DNA of 64,000 bases from Thermostichus sp. DRC_bins_24 (GTDB taxonomy: Bacteria > Cyanobacteriota > Cyanobacteriia > Thermostichales > Thermostichaceae): assembly GCA_039794845.1 (NCBI GenBank), contig JAUQVK010000006.1, positions 1-64,000 on the forward strand, read 5' to 3'. Below, in pieces: positions 21,360 through 31,450 of this stretch. A program made the position numbers and the translations under genes. Within the stretch, counting starts at the first letter, position 1. Every line of letters starts with the position of its first letter. Under the pieces are notes generated by a model, which was not told the DNA's origin, searched no databases, and saw only the letters and a list, made by a program, of their open reading frames with translations.

Positions 21360-22328
21360 GTGAGCACAATTGAGTTCGAGCGGGTATCGCTGCGCTTTCC
21401 CCACAGTTCCCGTCCTGCCGTGGAGGAGTGTAGCTTCTCTGTGGAGTCGGGCCAGTTTGTGGTCATTTTGGGGCCTTCCGGCTGCGGCAAAACCACCTTG
21501 CTCAAGATGGTGAACCGGCTGCTGGATCCCACCCAGGGACAAATTCGCTTGCAAGGCAAGGATATTCGCCAGTTTCCGGTGACGGCCCTGCGGCAGCGGA
21601 TTGGCTATGTGATCCAGCAATCGGGGCTATTCCCTCACATGACGGTGGCCCAGAATGTGTCGGTGGTGCCCCGCCTTTTGGGATGGGCTAAGGAGCGCAT
21701 CCGCCAGCGGGTGGATGATCTGCTCAGTCTGGTCAATTTGCCCCCCCATGAATATCGGCATCGCTACCCCGCTCAATTGTCGGGGGGACAACAGCAACGG
21801 GTGGGCTTGGCCCGCGCCTTGGCCGGGGATCCGGGGCTACTGCTAATGGATGAACCCTTCGGGGCCATTGATGCCATTACCCGCAGCAAGCTGCAGGAGG
21901 AGATCCTGCGCCTGCAACGGCAACTGAAAAAGACCATCCTCTTTGTCTCCCACGATGTGGAGGAGGCGCTGCGCCTGGCGGATCGGATTCTGGTGATGCA
22001 GAAGGGGCGGGTGGCCCAGTTCGATACCCCCTTTCGGCTGCTCACCCAACCGGCCAGCCCTTTTGTTAAGGAGTTGCTGGGGGCGGATGACATGGTGCGA
22101 CAACTGAGCGTGTTGCGGGTGGAAACCGCCATGGCTCAGATCCCCCACAATCACGAAATTCAGGAGGGGGCGGTGGTGAAACCTCATGAAACCCTGCGGC
22201 GGGCCTTATCGGTGCTGTTGCGAACCGGGGCAGCCGCCTTGACGGTGTGGGAGGATGGACGAGCCATCGGTATTTTGACCCTGGAGCACATTCGCGATTT
22301 GGCCATGCTGGAGGGGGGATCTGCGTGA
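21360..22328 (+). CDS. Osmoprotectant ABC transporter ATPase with CBS-like C-terminus
   Basis: GPSGCGKTT, LSGGQQQRVG, LLLMDEPFGA. Confidence 0.93.
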   Translation: MSTIEFERVSLRFPHSSRPAVEECSFSVESGQFVVILGPSGCGKTTLLKMVNRLLDPTQGQIRLQGKDIRQFPVTALRQRIGYVIQQSGLFPHMTVAQNVSVVPRLLGWAKERIRQRVDDLLSLVNLPPHEYRHRYPAQLSGGQQQRVGLARALAGDPGLLLMDEPFGAIDAITRSKLQEEILRLQRQLKKTILFVSHDVEEALRLADRILVMQKGRVAQFDTPFRLLTQPASPFVKELLGADDMVRQLSVLRVETAMAQIPHNHEIQEGAVVKPHETLRRALSVLLRTGAAALTVWEDGRAIGILTLEHIRDLAMLEGGSA

Positions 22329-22942
22329 GCTACATCCTCGACAATCCTGGCCTGGTGTGGCAGCTGACCCAAGAGCATCTGGTGATGATGGGCATTACCC
22401 TGGCCATCGCGGTGGCAGTAGCCTTGCCGATGGCTTTGCTCATTCATCAGGTGCCCTGGCTCACCCTTCCCATCATGGGTTTGCTCAGCACCCTCTACAC
22501 GGTGCCCAGCTTGGCCTTGATCATTCTGTTGGTGCCCTTGTTTGGCCTCAATGCCCGCTCGGTGATCGTGGCGATGGTGCTCTACACCCAGGTGATCTTG
22601 GTGCGGCATCTTTCCGTGGGCTTGCGCTCCATTAAGCCCGCCATTTTGGAAGCGGCCAAAGGCATGGGGATGAACCTCTGGCAACGCTGGTGGCAGATAC
22701 AGGTGCCGCTGATGTTGCCGATTTTTTTGGCGGGGCTGCGGCTGGCGGCGATTGTAGCCATTGCCATTGCCACGATTGGGGCCAAGTTTGGGGCGGGGGG
22801 GCTGGGAACCCTGTTGTTTGACGGCATTGCCCAAGCGGGTCGCTACGACAAGATCTGGGCCGGATCCCTGGCGGTGGGATCCCTGGCGTTGCTGGTGAAT
22901 ACGGCTTTGCTGGGGTTGGAGTGGGCGGTGCGTCGGGAATAG
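22325..22942 (+). CDS. Osmoprotectant ABC transporter permease
   Basis: YTVPSLAL, EAAKGMGM, GAGGLG; GTG start overlaps the ATPase stop. Confidence 0.92.
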   Translation: MSYILDNPGLVWQLTQEHLVMMGITLAIAVAVALPMALLIHQVPWLTLPIMGLLSTLYTVPSLALIILLVPLFGLNARSVIVAMVLYTQVILVRHLSVGLRSIKPAILEAAKGMGMNLWQRWWQIQVPLMLPIFLAGLRLAAIVAIAIATIGAKFGAGGLGTLLFDGIAQAGRYDKIWAGSLAVGSLALLVNTALLGLEWAVRRE

Positions 22943-23091
22943 GGTGGGCAACCCGCTAGGATGAGATAGATAGTCTCAACAGTCTCGGGAACATACCACC
23001 CTGTTGCTCCGCAATGCTGTCGAAACAGCGGGAACCGCACGACCTGAGGGGGCAGACTACTTTCTCTATAGCGGGGCTAGATGCTGATTCT

Positions 23092-23673
23092 ATGGCTGAT
23101 CAACCTCGGTTGAGCGACTCGCCCTCTCGCAGCGATTCCGAACTGATTGAGGCCCTCAAGGCGGGGCAACCTACGGCTCTTGGTGTACTCTACGACCGTT
23201 ATGCTCCATTGGTCTATGGACTAGCCCTCAAGATCATGGCCAATGCCACCGATGCTGAAGACCTCACTCAGGAGGTGTTCGTCACCCTGTGGCGCAAGCC
23301 CAGCTATGATGCACGGCGGGGATCCCTGAGCAGCTTCTTGTGTGTGTTGACCCGTTCTCGAGCCATTGATCGTCTGCGTTCTCAAGGCAGCAGTCAACGT
23401 TTCTTAGAGCGCTGGCAACCTATTCTCAGCGCCGATACCCTGACTCCACCTCCCTTTGAGCAGGTTTCGATTGAGGAACGGCGGCAGGCGGTACAGGAGG
23501 CCCTTAGCCAGTTGCCTGAAAACCAACGGCAGATCCTGGAGTTGCTCTACTACCAAGGGTTGAGCCAGGCGGAAATTGCTCGACAATTGGGGATCCCGTT
23601 GGGAACCGTCAAAACCCGCTCTCGCCAAGCCCTCTTCAAATTACGGGGATCCCTGCAGCCCCTCCTCCGTTGA
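23092..23673 (+). CDS. ECF sigma-70 factor (SigK-like)
   Basis: LYDRY, DAEDLTQEVF, RSRAIDRLR, region 4 YYQGLSQAEIA...PLGTVKTR. Confidence 0.92.
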   Translation: MADQPRLSDSPSRSDSELIEALKAGQPTALGVLYDRYAPLVYGLALKIMANATDAEDLTQEVFVTLWRKPSYDARRGSLSSFLCVLTRSRAIDRLRSQGSSQRFLERWQPILSADTLTPPPFEQVSIEERRQAVQEALSQLPENQRQILELLYYQGLSQAEIARQLGIPLGTVKTRSRQALFKLRGSLQPLLR

Positions 23674-23694
23674 GTTAGGTTTGCTTCCATCACT

Positions 23695-24450
23695 ATGTCT
23701 GAATCCTCCTCTCCATTTGAACACGAAGAACTGGCAGGCTACTTGCTCGGGGATTTGCTGCCGGAAGAGGCGAGCGCCCTAGAAGAACGCTTGAACCAAG
23801 ATCCTCACCTTGTGGCGGAGCTGCTAACCCTACAAGAAACCCTGGACTTGTTGCCCTATGGATTGCCCGGGGTGATCCCGCCCGCGGCTTTGCGAGATAA
23901 AGTCATGGCGGAGGTGGGCATTCAGGAAGCGCCTACCCCCATCCAATCGGCATTGCCCTCTCTTCCGGCCAGTCGCTTCAAGGCTTGGTGGCGCTGGTTG
24001 GGGGGGTTGTTGGTGGTGGCTTTGGTTTTGCTGGGCTTGGACAACTGGCGGCTGCGGCAGTCGCTGCAATTGGCCCAATTGGAATCGGTACAGGAATTGG
24101 CCAATCTTCTGCAACAACCGGGATCCCGTCTGGTGAATTTGCAGGGCGAGGTGGGGGCAGCCAACTTGCTGTTTCGCCCGGGAGAGTGGCAGGAGGTGAT
24201 TTTGGCGGCAACCGAACTGCCACAACTGTCCTCAGGAGAGAGCTACCACCTCTGGCTCAGGCTGGACAACGGCGACATCCTCTACTGCGGCGACTTTGAG
24301 GTGGATGCCGGCGGTTCAGCGATCGTGGCCATGCGTCCACCGCGGACACCGCCGATGGGTACCCGTGCCCAAGAACTGTGGATTACGGCCCAGGCTCGCA
24401 GCGGCCCCCGAGAACCGCGCGGAGAACCCCTCCTAACGGGCACAGTGTAA
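23695..24450 (+). CDS. Anti-sigma factor (RskA-like)
   Basis: ELAGYLLGDL..EE, PPAALRDKV, TM helix, LPQL..GESYHLW, C-terminal P.G..LL.G. Confidence 0.85.
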   Translation: MSESSSPFEHEELAGYLLGDLLPEEASALEERLNQDPHLVAELLTLQETLDLLPYGLPGVIPPAALRDKVMAEVGIQEAPTPIQSALPSLPASRFKAWWRWLGGLLVVALVLLGLDNWRLRQSLQLAQLESVQELANLLQQPGSRLVNLQGEVGAANLLFRPGEWQEVILAATELPQLSSGESYHLWLRLDNGDILYCGDFEVDAGGSAIVAMRPPRTPPMGTRAQELWITAQARSGPREPRGEPLLTGTV

Positions 24451-25109
24451 TGGCCGGTCTGCGTCGACGGGGATTGGCCTTGCTGATCGGGCCGTTGCTG
24501 GCCCTCATGGCTTTGTGGTGGACCGATCCGACCCCGACAACCCTGAGCCACTATGTCACTTCATTGCAGCAGCGCAGCGGAGCTCAAATTCATAACATTC
24601 GCCAAGCCGCCCAAAGTTTGGATGGGGTGTACATTCAGCCAGGGGCGATTTTTTCATTTAATCAGGTGGTAGGGCCCCGCAGCCTGGAACGGGGCTATTT
24701 GCCCGCGCCTGTGTTCATGGTGGCTGAAACCCTCGATTCAGTAGGGGGAGGCATTTGTCAGGTGTCTTCTAGCCTTTACAATGCCGCTTTGTTGGCAGGG
24801 CTGAAGGTGGTGGAGCGACATCCCCATTACACACGAGTGGAGTCGGTACCCCCTGGCTTGGATGCCACCGTTTGGTATGGCTTAGCCGACCTAAAATTGC
24901 AGAATCCTTTTCCCTGGCCTGTGCGGTTGCGAGCGGAAATTCAAGGACAAACCCTGGCTGTGTCGGTACTGGGGCGGGGATCCCTGCAGCGTCTGAATAT
25001 CCCCCCCCTCCAAGTGCAGTACCACTGGCTGGATCGGCAGCATCTGCAAGTGAGCGTGTATCGGGGCAATGAGCGCCTCTCCCAGGATCGCTACGTGATA
25101 GTTCAATAA
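24450..25109 (+). CDS. VanW family protein
   Basis: NI..AAQSLDG..IQPG.IFSFNQVVGPR...GY..AP, GGGICQVSSSLYNA, ERHPH, PPGLDATV. Confidence 0.88.
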   Translation: MAGLRRRGLALLIGPLLALMALWWTDPTPTTLSHYVTSLQQRSGAQIHNIRQAAQSLDGVYIQPGAIFSFNQVVGPRSLERGYLPAPVFMVAETLDSVGGGICQVSSSLYNAALLAGLKVVERHPHYTRVESVPPGLDATVWYGLADLKLQNPFPWPVRLRAEIQGQTLAVSVLGRGSLQRLNIPPLQVQYHWLDRQHLQVSVYRGNERLSQDRYVIVQ

Positions 25110-25140
25110 TGGATAGTTCAATAATGGGGGGTTATAGGGC

Positions 25141-28100
25141 TTAAAGGTTTTTGAGGTGTTGGCGAATATCGACCAGGGCTTGTTCTAACTTCACCAAAGC
25201 CTTTTGGGAAGGCAACCAATCGGCAGCGCCAGCTCCCGAACCCTCGCCTTGACCAGCGGTGAGCTGTCGACCCAGTTGTTCCAGGTCTCGAGCGATCTGA
25301 CAGAAACCCTCGGCGCCAACGTTGGCACTGGCCCCCTTGAGGCGATGGCTAATTTTGCGCAAAGCTTCTCCATCTTGATGGGCGATGGCTTGACGAATCT
25401 GCTGCAACTGCTCCTCAGCATCGCTGGCGAACACCTGCAAAAGCTCTCGTTCAAACTCCCGATCGCCACCAGAAACCCGCTCAAGGTGGGCTTGGTTGAT
25501 GGGGTAGGGCAAGGTGGGGGGATCCCCCGGATGGGGCGCTAGGCCCTCCAGATCAAGAGACCACTCATCAGACAACGCCTCAGTTGCAGAATCCCTGCCG
25601 GCAGGGTTACAGGATGGGTCCGGGGTGGGCAGAGCATCTTCAGGCAGGGATCCCTTGGGTTGGGCCGCCTTGGCAATCACCGGGCTCCACCGGGTCAGCA
25701 TCGCCTCAAGATCCTCTTTGGAAACGGGCTTACTCAGGTAATCATCCATGCCAGCCTGTAAACAGCGCTCCCGATCTTCCTGCAGGGCGTTGGCGGTCAT
25801 GGCAATCACCACTGTGTGTTGGTTGGATCCCGCCTCCCGTTGGCGAATGCGGCGAGTGGCTTCATAGCCGTCCATGATGGGCATCTGACAGTCCATCAAG
25901 ATCACGTCGTAGGCAATGTGTTCTAACAGATCCAACACCTCTTGCCCATTGGCCACCACATCCACTCCGTAGCCCAAACTGCGCAACTGCCGCAAAGCCA
26001 CCTTTTGGTTCACGGGGTTATCTTCTGCCAGCAACACCCGAAACGATTGCTGAGGTTTGGATGCAGGTTTGGTGTCGTCGATACGTTCCGACTGGGGTAA
26101 GGGGGTGCTCATGCCCAAGAGAGGGGCAGAAAGACCCGAAGGTTTCCCCAAGGCAATGGCCAGAGCCTCTCGCAAGCGGGTTTGTTTGACAGGCTTAATC
26201 AAATAGGCAGCAAAGCCAATCTCCAGAATGCGGTGTGACACCTCCCCGACGCCAAGTGAGGTCATCATCACCAGTTGGGTCTCCGCCAGCAAGGGATCCC
26301 CTTTGATCCAACGGCCCAAGGTTTCCCCATCCACCTCGGGCATTTGCATATCCAACACCGCCACCTGAAACGGGATCCCGTCTTGTGCTGCTTGCCGCAG
26401 TTTGTCCAGGGCTTGCGGGGCACTTTCAGCCTCCTCCACCAGCATTCCCCAGGCCGTGGTTTGGTAACGGACGATCTTGCGGTTCGTGGCGTTGTCATCT
26501 ACCACCAAAAGCCGCTTGCCTCGTAAGTCAGCCGGGATGCGGGTTGGGGGTTGCGAGAGCCGCTTGAGCGCCGAGTGCGTTTGCTTTTCTAAGGTGAGTT
26601 CCACGCTGAAGGTGCTGCCCTGGTGCTCCTGGCTTTCCAGGGTGATTTTGCCCCCCATCAATTCCGTCAGTTGCTTGCAAATGGCTAAGCCCAACCCCGT
26701 ACCGCCGTATTTTCGGGTGGTGGAGGCATCCACCTGGCTAAAGGGTTGAAACAACTTGTATTGCAGCTCCGCAGGGATCCCAATCCCTGTATCCTTGACG
26801 GATATTTTCAGGTGCGCATGGGTGGCGGTTTGTCCCAGAAGCTCGGCTTGCAAAAGCACCTCGCCACTGTGGGTAAATTTAACCGCATTGCCCACCAGAT
26901 TGGTGAGAATCTGTCGCAACCGGGATCCATCCCCCCGCAAGTGGCGCGGCACTTCCTGTTGAATCAAAACCGCCAATTCTAACCCTTTGGCATGGGCACT
27001 GGGAGCAAACAAATCGGCCACTTCCTCCAGGCAGGATCCTAGGTCGAAATCGAGGATTTCCAACTCCATTTCCCCGGCTTCCAACTTAGAGAAATCGAGG
27101 ATCTCGTTAATCAGGCTGAGCAGGGCATCGCCACTGATGCGGATGGTTTCCACAAAGTCTTGCTGCTCGGGGCTAAGGTTTGTTTCCAGCAATAGCCCCG
27201 TCATTCCCAATACCGCGTTCATGGGGGTACGAATTTCGTGGCTCATGGTGGCCAAAAAGCTACTCTTGGCTTCTGAGGCTTTTTCCGCCATTTTGCGGGC
27301 TTGTTCCAACTCAAAATTCCGCTGAGTTTCCCGCCGCAGCATCTCAGCTTGCGCCAAAGCAATGCCGATTTGATCTGCCAGTTGCGAGAGTAGTTCTATT
27401 TCAAAAGGCTGCCACTGGCGAGGCTCCGAACAGTGATGAGCGATCAACAACCCCCACAGCTCCTTCCGTAGAAAGATCGGGACAACCAGATTGGCTTTTA
27501 CCTGAAAGCGCTGCAGCAGCTCAACATGGCAATCGCTTATCTCACCTGCTGTGATGTCATCTATGGCTTTAATACGACCGCCGCCATACAGGTCAAAGTA
27601 ATGGTTCTGAAAACACTCATCCTCAATGACTTGGTCGAGCAGAGAAATATAACCCTCCCGAACCTTCTCGTTGACGACCCTACCGGAATGATCTGTCTGA
27701 AAGCGGTAGACCAAGACCCGATCGGCATTTAAGAGTGCTTGAATTTCATTAACGGCTGTTTCCAAAATCTCCTCGATCTGTAGAGACTCCCGAATTTTTA
27801 GGCTCAGCTCTGAGAACAGTTTGGTTCGTCGGTGTTGCCGCTCCAACTCTTCGGCCACCTGTTTCTGCTCCGTTACATTCCGGAAAATGCCCCGGGTAGA
27901 GACTGGTTTGCCTTCTACAAATCGGCAACTGGCATTGCCTTCTACCCACACTACTTCTCCTGTAGAGGTGACAAAAGCAGCTTCAATTCGCTCTATCTTT
28001 TGGCCACTAATCAACCCCTGAAAAACCTTTTGGCAATGTTCCCAGCTCTCAGGATGAATAATATCCTGCAAGGTGAGGTGAGGAATCTCCTCTTCGCCAT

Positions 28101-29811
28101 AGCCTAACGTTTCTCGCCAGGCTCGGTTTACATAAAGAAAATGCCCTTCTACATCCACACTTTGAATCAGATCAGTTGCATTTTCAAACAAGTCTCGATA
28201 ACGATCTTCACTCTCTTTAAGGGCCATTTCCGCCAATTTTCGGTCGGTAATGTCAATGCCCGTGCCCATAATAAATTCAATAGAGCCATTCTCATTCCTC
28301 AGGGCCGTATTCGACCAAGAGATCAACCGCAGCGCCCCTTGTTTGGTTTGCCAAAAGTTTTCATGGTGAGTCAGTAGGTTATGGTCCTTCAAGCTTTGGA
28401 AAGCCTGTTTGACCCCAGCAATGTTTTCCGGTGGGATCAACCCCACATCCCACAGCCGCCGTCCTTTCACCTCCGCCAGCGCATAGCCAGACAATTGCTC
28501 AGCCGCCCGGTTAAAGCGGAGGATGCGCCCTTCAGGATCCATCACCACCACCAGGGCTCCAGCCGTATCGATGACGGCGTTGGTAAAGTCTCGTTCTTGC
28601 TTGAGGAAGGTTTCCGCCCGTTCCCGCTCTTCGATCTCCCGCCGAATCAGCAGATAAACCAACAACAAAACCACGTAAGTAAACACCAACCCGCCCAAAA
28701 AGGTGGCATTGGCGCTGATCAGGGTGAGCTGAACACGGAAGCTGCGCTCCTGTAGGAGGCGGTTTTCTTCCTCTTGCATGGTTTGGACCAAGGCTGTGAG
28801 CTGCTCCATCACCACTGGCCCTTCGTAACGCCGGAGCTTTGTTTGAGCTGCTGAAAGTCCCTCTTGGTCTCTGAGATCGATCGATTCCTGCAACGAGTTC
28901 AGCCGCCGTTCCAGCAATTGCTCCACTTGAGCCAAGCGTTCTTGCTGGGCGGGATTATCGGAGATCAGCTCACGCAACAGCCGCAATCGAGTCGGAATGG
29001 CCTGAAGAGTGGCCCGATAGTTATTCAGGTAGCGAATATCGTTGGTTAAGAGGTAGCCCCGTTGATCGGTCTCCGCCGAGCGGGTTTCTGCGAGCAGGCC
29101 CTCCAGATTTTTGAGGACCTCAAAGGTGCGAGCCACTTGGGCTGTGACCTGAGGCAGTCGCAACACATTGCGTTGTGTCAAGTAGGTGACTCCCCCCAAG
29201 AGGATGGCCGCGATGCCGAACCCGGCCGTGACCTTGAGGAGAAAGTGTTTTTTTCTGTGGGAAGGGGTGATCGAAGCAGTTGATTTTGGAGTCAGGGGGG
29301 TGCGGGAAAGCTGGGCAAGGCTGCGGCGGAGCTCCAGTTGGGCTGCCACCTGATGGCTGAGGGCTTTAAGCTGCTCCAGCTGTTCTTCGCTGAGGTGGCG
29401 AGGTTGATAGTCGATGACGCACAGGGTACCTAGGGCCCGGCCTTCCGGATTTACCAAAGGGATCCCGGCATAAAAGCGAACGTGAGGATCCCCGGTCACA
29501 AAGGGGTTATCGGCAAAGCGTTCATCCTGTTGAGCATCTTCGACAACCAGGGGCTCTTGGGGGTTCAAGATGGCATGGGCACAAAAAGCCACATCACGGG
29601 AGGTTTGCTCTACCTCTACCCCGAGTTTGGCCTTGAACCACTGGCGATCCACATCGATGAGGCTGACCAAAGCTGCCGGGGTACCACAAACATAGGCAGC
29701 CAGACGCACCAGCTCGTCAAAGCTGGCCTCAGGAGCAGTATCCAAAATGTGATACTCACGCAGGGCAGCCAGCCGTTGCGCTTCGTCTGGGGGGAGAGGT
29801 GCCTTTGGCAT
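25141..29811 (-). CDS. Hybrid sensor histidine kinase: GAF-TM-CHASE3-TM-PAS-PAS-GAF(CBCR)-HisKA-HATPase-REC-REC-Hpt
   Basis: ETDQRGYLLT (CHASE3), DECF and CH (bilin GAF), MSHEIRTPMN, GGTGLGLAI, two REC domains (LDMQMP, MDCQMP), HRLKGAS (Hpt). Confidence 0.93.
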   Translation of the reverse strand: MPKAPLPPDEAQRLAALREYHILDTAPEASFDELVRLAAYVCGTPAALVSLIDVDRQWFKAKLGVEVEQTSRDVAFCAHAILNPQEPLVVEDAQQDERFADNPFVTGDPHVRFYAGIPLVNPEGRALGTLCVIDYQPRHLSEEQLEQLKALSHQVAAQLELRRSLAQLSRTPLTPKSTASITPSHRKKHFLLKVTAGFGIAAILLGGVTYLTQRNVLRLPQVTAQVARTFEVLKNLEGLLAETRSAETDQRGYLLTNDIRYLNNYRATLQAIPTRLRLLRELISDNPAQQERLAQVEQLLERRLNSLQESIDLRDQEGLSAAQTKLRRYEGPVVMEQLTALVQTMQEEENRLLQERSFRVQLTLISANATFLGGLVFTYVVLLLVYLLIRREIEERERAETFLKQERDFTNAVIDTAGALVVVMDPEGRILRFNRAAEQLSGYALAEVKGRRLWDVGLIPPENIAGVKQAFQSLKDHNLLTHHENFWQTKQGALRLISWSNTALRNENGSIEFIMGTGIDITDRKLAEMALKESEDRYRDLFENATDLIQSVDVEGHFLYVNRAWRETLGYGEEEIPHLTLQDIIHPESWEHCQKVFQGLISGQKIERIEAAFVTSTGEVVWVEGNASCRFVEGKPVSTRGIFRNVTEQKQVAEELERQHRRTKLFSELSLKIRESLQIEEILETAVNEIQALLNADRVLVYRFQTDHSGRVVNEKVREGYISLLDQVIEDECFQNHYFDLYGGGRIKAIDDITAGEISDCHVELLQRFQVKANLVVPIFLRKELWGLLIAHHCSEPRQWQPFEIELLSQLADQIGIALAQAEMLRRETQRNFELEQARKMAEKASEAKSSFLATMSHEIRTPMNAVLGMTGLLLETNLSPEQQDFVETIRISGDALLSLINEILDFSKLEAGEMELEILDFDLGSCLEEVADLFAPSAHAKGLELAVLIQQEVPRHLRGDGSRLRQILTNLVGNAVKFTHSGEVLLQAELLGQTATHAHLKISVKDTGIGIPAELQYKLFQPFSQVDASTTRKYGGTGLGLAICKQLTELMGGKITLESQEHQGSTFSVELTLEKQTHSALKRLSQPPTRIPADLRGKRLLVVDDNATNRKIVRYQTTAWGMLVEEAESAPQALDKLRQAAQDGIPFQVAVLDMQMPEVDGETLGRWIKGDPLLAETQLVMMTSLGVGEVSHRILEIGFAAYLIKPVKQTRLREALAIALGKPSGLSAPLLGMSTPLPQSERIDDTKPASKPQQSFRVLLAEDNPVNQKVALRQLRSLGYGVDVVANGQEVLDLLEHIAYDVILMDCQMPIMDGYEATRRIRQREAGSNQHTVVIAMTANALQEDRERCLQAGMDDYLSKPVSKEDLEAMLTRWSPVIAKAAQPKGSLPEDALPTPDPSCNPAGRDSATEALSDEWSLDLEGLAPHPGDPPTLPYPINQAHLERVSGGDREFERELLQVFASDAEEQLQQIRQAIAHQDGEALRKISHRLKGASANVGAEGFCQIARDLEQLGRQLTAGQGEGSGAGAADWLPSQKALVKLEQALVDIRQHLKNL

Positions 29812-30048
29812 AGGTCGAGCACAGCAACAGAGATCCACCGCAGGGCCAAATCACCCGGAAGATCGGCGGTATAAAAAGAGATAGCCCTAGCATAACTTCG
29901 GCAACAACCCTCTTCCTGCATGGGAATCGGGAAAATCTCGTCTTCGGGTTCGGATTCTGTTGCGTTCGTCCTTAAACCCCGAGAAACACACAACCTGGGC
30001 GAGCGGGCCCCTTCATCAGGAGCAGCATGCTAGAGGAGATTGACTCGG

Positions 30049-30198
30049 TCAGCCGCCTTTGCCAAAAGGATTGTTGCCCCTTTCGCCGAAGAGCTTAGCC
30101 TCTCCTTTGATTGCCGCCTTGATGATGTTGTAGGCAGCCCAACCCACCACCAAGACGATCGGCCCCAAAACGATAATCGGACGAAAATCAATATCCAT
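30049..30198 (-). CDS. psbY: Photosystem II protein Y (49 aa), not in ORF track
   Basis: Manual translation MDIDFRPIIVLGPIVLVVGWAAYNIIKAAIKGEAKLFGERGNNPFGKGG; D.R..IV..P.....GWA..NI motif; AGGAGG RBS. Confidence 0.88.
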   Translation of the reverse strand: MDIDFRPIIVLGPIVLVVGWAAYNIIKAAIKGEAKLFGERGNNPFGKGG

Positions 30199-30391
30199 GG
30201 TCTTTATCCTCCTGAAGTATTGGTGAAACCGAGGTTTCCAGGGTTGGCTGCTGCTGGGATCCTGTAAGTAACCTTCTTTTGTAGGGATCTACAGCGTGGT
30301 GGGGCACAACTCTGGAAGGGTGAATATGTCCAGAATAAACCAAGTAGGGGATCCCAACCGGGCAGATTTTGCCCAGAATTAGGCCACTGAA

Positions 30392-31297
30392 CTAGGCCAC
30401 TGAAGCCGGGGCAAATAGGCCTGTACCGCGAATCGCGTCCAAAAAAGCATACACAGCCGGTGTGTGTAATCCATTCGCCCTCAAGGCCACTCCGATCACC
30501 CGCTCCAAGGGATCTGGCAAACTGCGAACTTGCACCCCCGCAGGGACCGGTTCGGCGGCCAAACGAGGCAAAATCGCCGCTCCCAGCCCTTGGGCAACCA
30601 TGCTCACCACCGTCGAGTCTTCACGCACTTCGTAGGCATAGCGAAAGCTCTGGCCCGCCTGACGCAGGTGATTTTCCAAGGCCAAGCCACACCCGGAATT
30701 ATCTGCGCTCAAAATGAGAGGGAACTGTGCCAATTGTTGCCAAGTTAAAGCACCTTCCCCTAGGTCAGCATGGGGAGGCAAAAGGGCAACGTATTCATCC
30801 CGAAGGATCTCAAAGGTCTCAAATTCGGAGCCACAGGGCAGATGGGTAAACCCCAAATCCACACGACCTTCCCGCAGGTCTTCTTCTACTCCGGCATATT
30901 CGTCGTGTTCGAGGATGGTGATCTCGATATTGGGGAAGCGATGACGAAAGCGAGACAAAATCGGGGGCAACAAATGGGTAGCAGCGCTGCGAAAGGAACC
31001 AATTCTTAACTTGCCCCCCTGTAGCCCCCGTTCCCGCAGGGCCTCCTGTTCGATGGCCTCCAACAATTTCAACATCTGGCGGGCATGATCGATCACCCGT
31101 TCACCGGTGGGGGTGGGCAGGGCTCCGTAGCGACCTCGGATCAACAAAGGGATCCCTAACTCTTCTTCGAGGCTGGCAATCGAGTGGCTAATGGCCGACT
31201 GAGACAAATTCAGGTGTAGAGCTGCCTCGCTAAAATTGCCGTGGTTGGCAACCGCCACCAAAGCCCGCAACTGAGCCAGTTTGATATTGCTGCCCAT
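30392..31297 (-). CDS. LysR family transcriptional regulator
   Basis: NFSEAALHLNLSQSAISHSIASLEEELG; VSMVAQGLGAAILP. Confidence 0.95.
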   Translation of the reverse strand: MGSNIKLAQLRALVAVANHGNFSEAALHLNLSQSAISHSIASLEEELGIPLLIRGRYGALPTPTGERVIDHARQMLKLLEAIEQEALRERGLQGGKLRIGSFRSAATHLLPPILSRFRHRFPNIEITILEHDEYAGVEEDLREGRVDLGFTHLPCGSEFETFEILRDEYVALLPPHADLGEGALTWQQLAQFPLILSADNSGCGLALENHLRQAGQSFRYAYEVREDSTVVSMVAQGLGAAILPRLAAEPVPAGVQVRSLPDPLERVIGVALRANGLHTPAVYAFLDAIRGTGLFAPASVA

Positions 31298-31450
31298 GGA
31301 GGGATCCCGGTTCTGGAGGGTTCTCTGGATCCTATCTCGCCAATCTTCATGAAGAGATTGTGGATAGAGTGGATAGACTAGAGTTACAACCGGTTTTGGC
31401 TCTATGGCTAAAATAGGTCATCCCCAGCCCTATGCTTTTTCAGTTCCCCG

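Noticed and set aside
20434..22942. Osmoprotectant ABC operon with only one permease
   Set aside because: Homodimeric permeases, or a second permease encoded elsewhere, are common; not evidence of novelty
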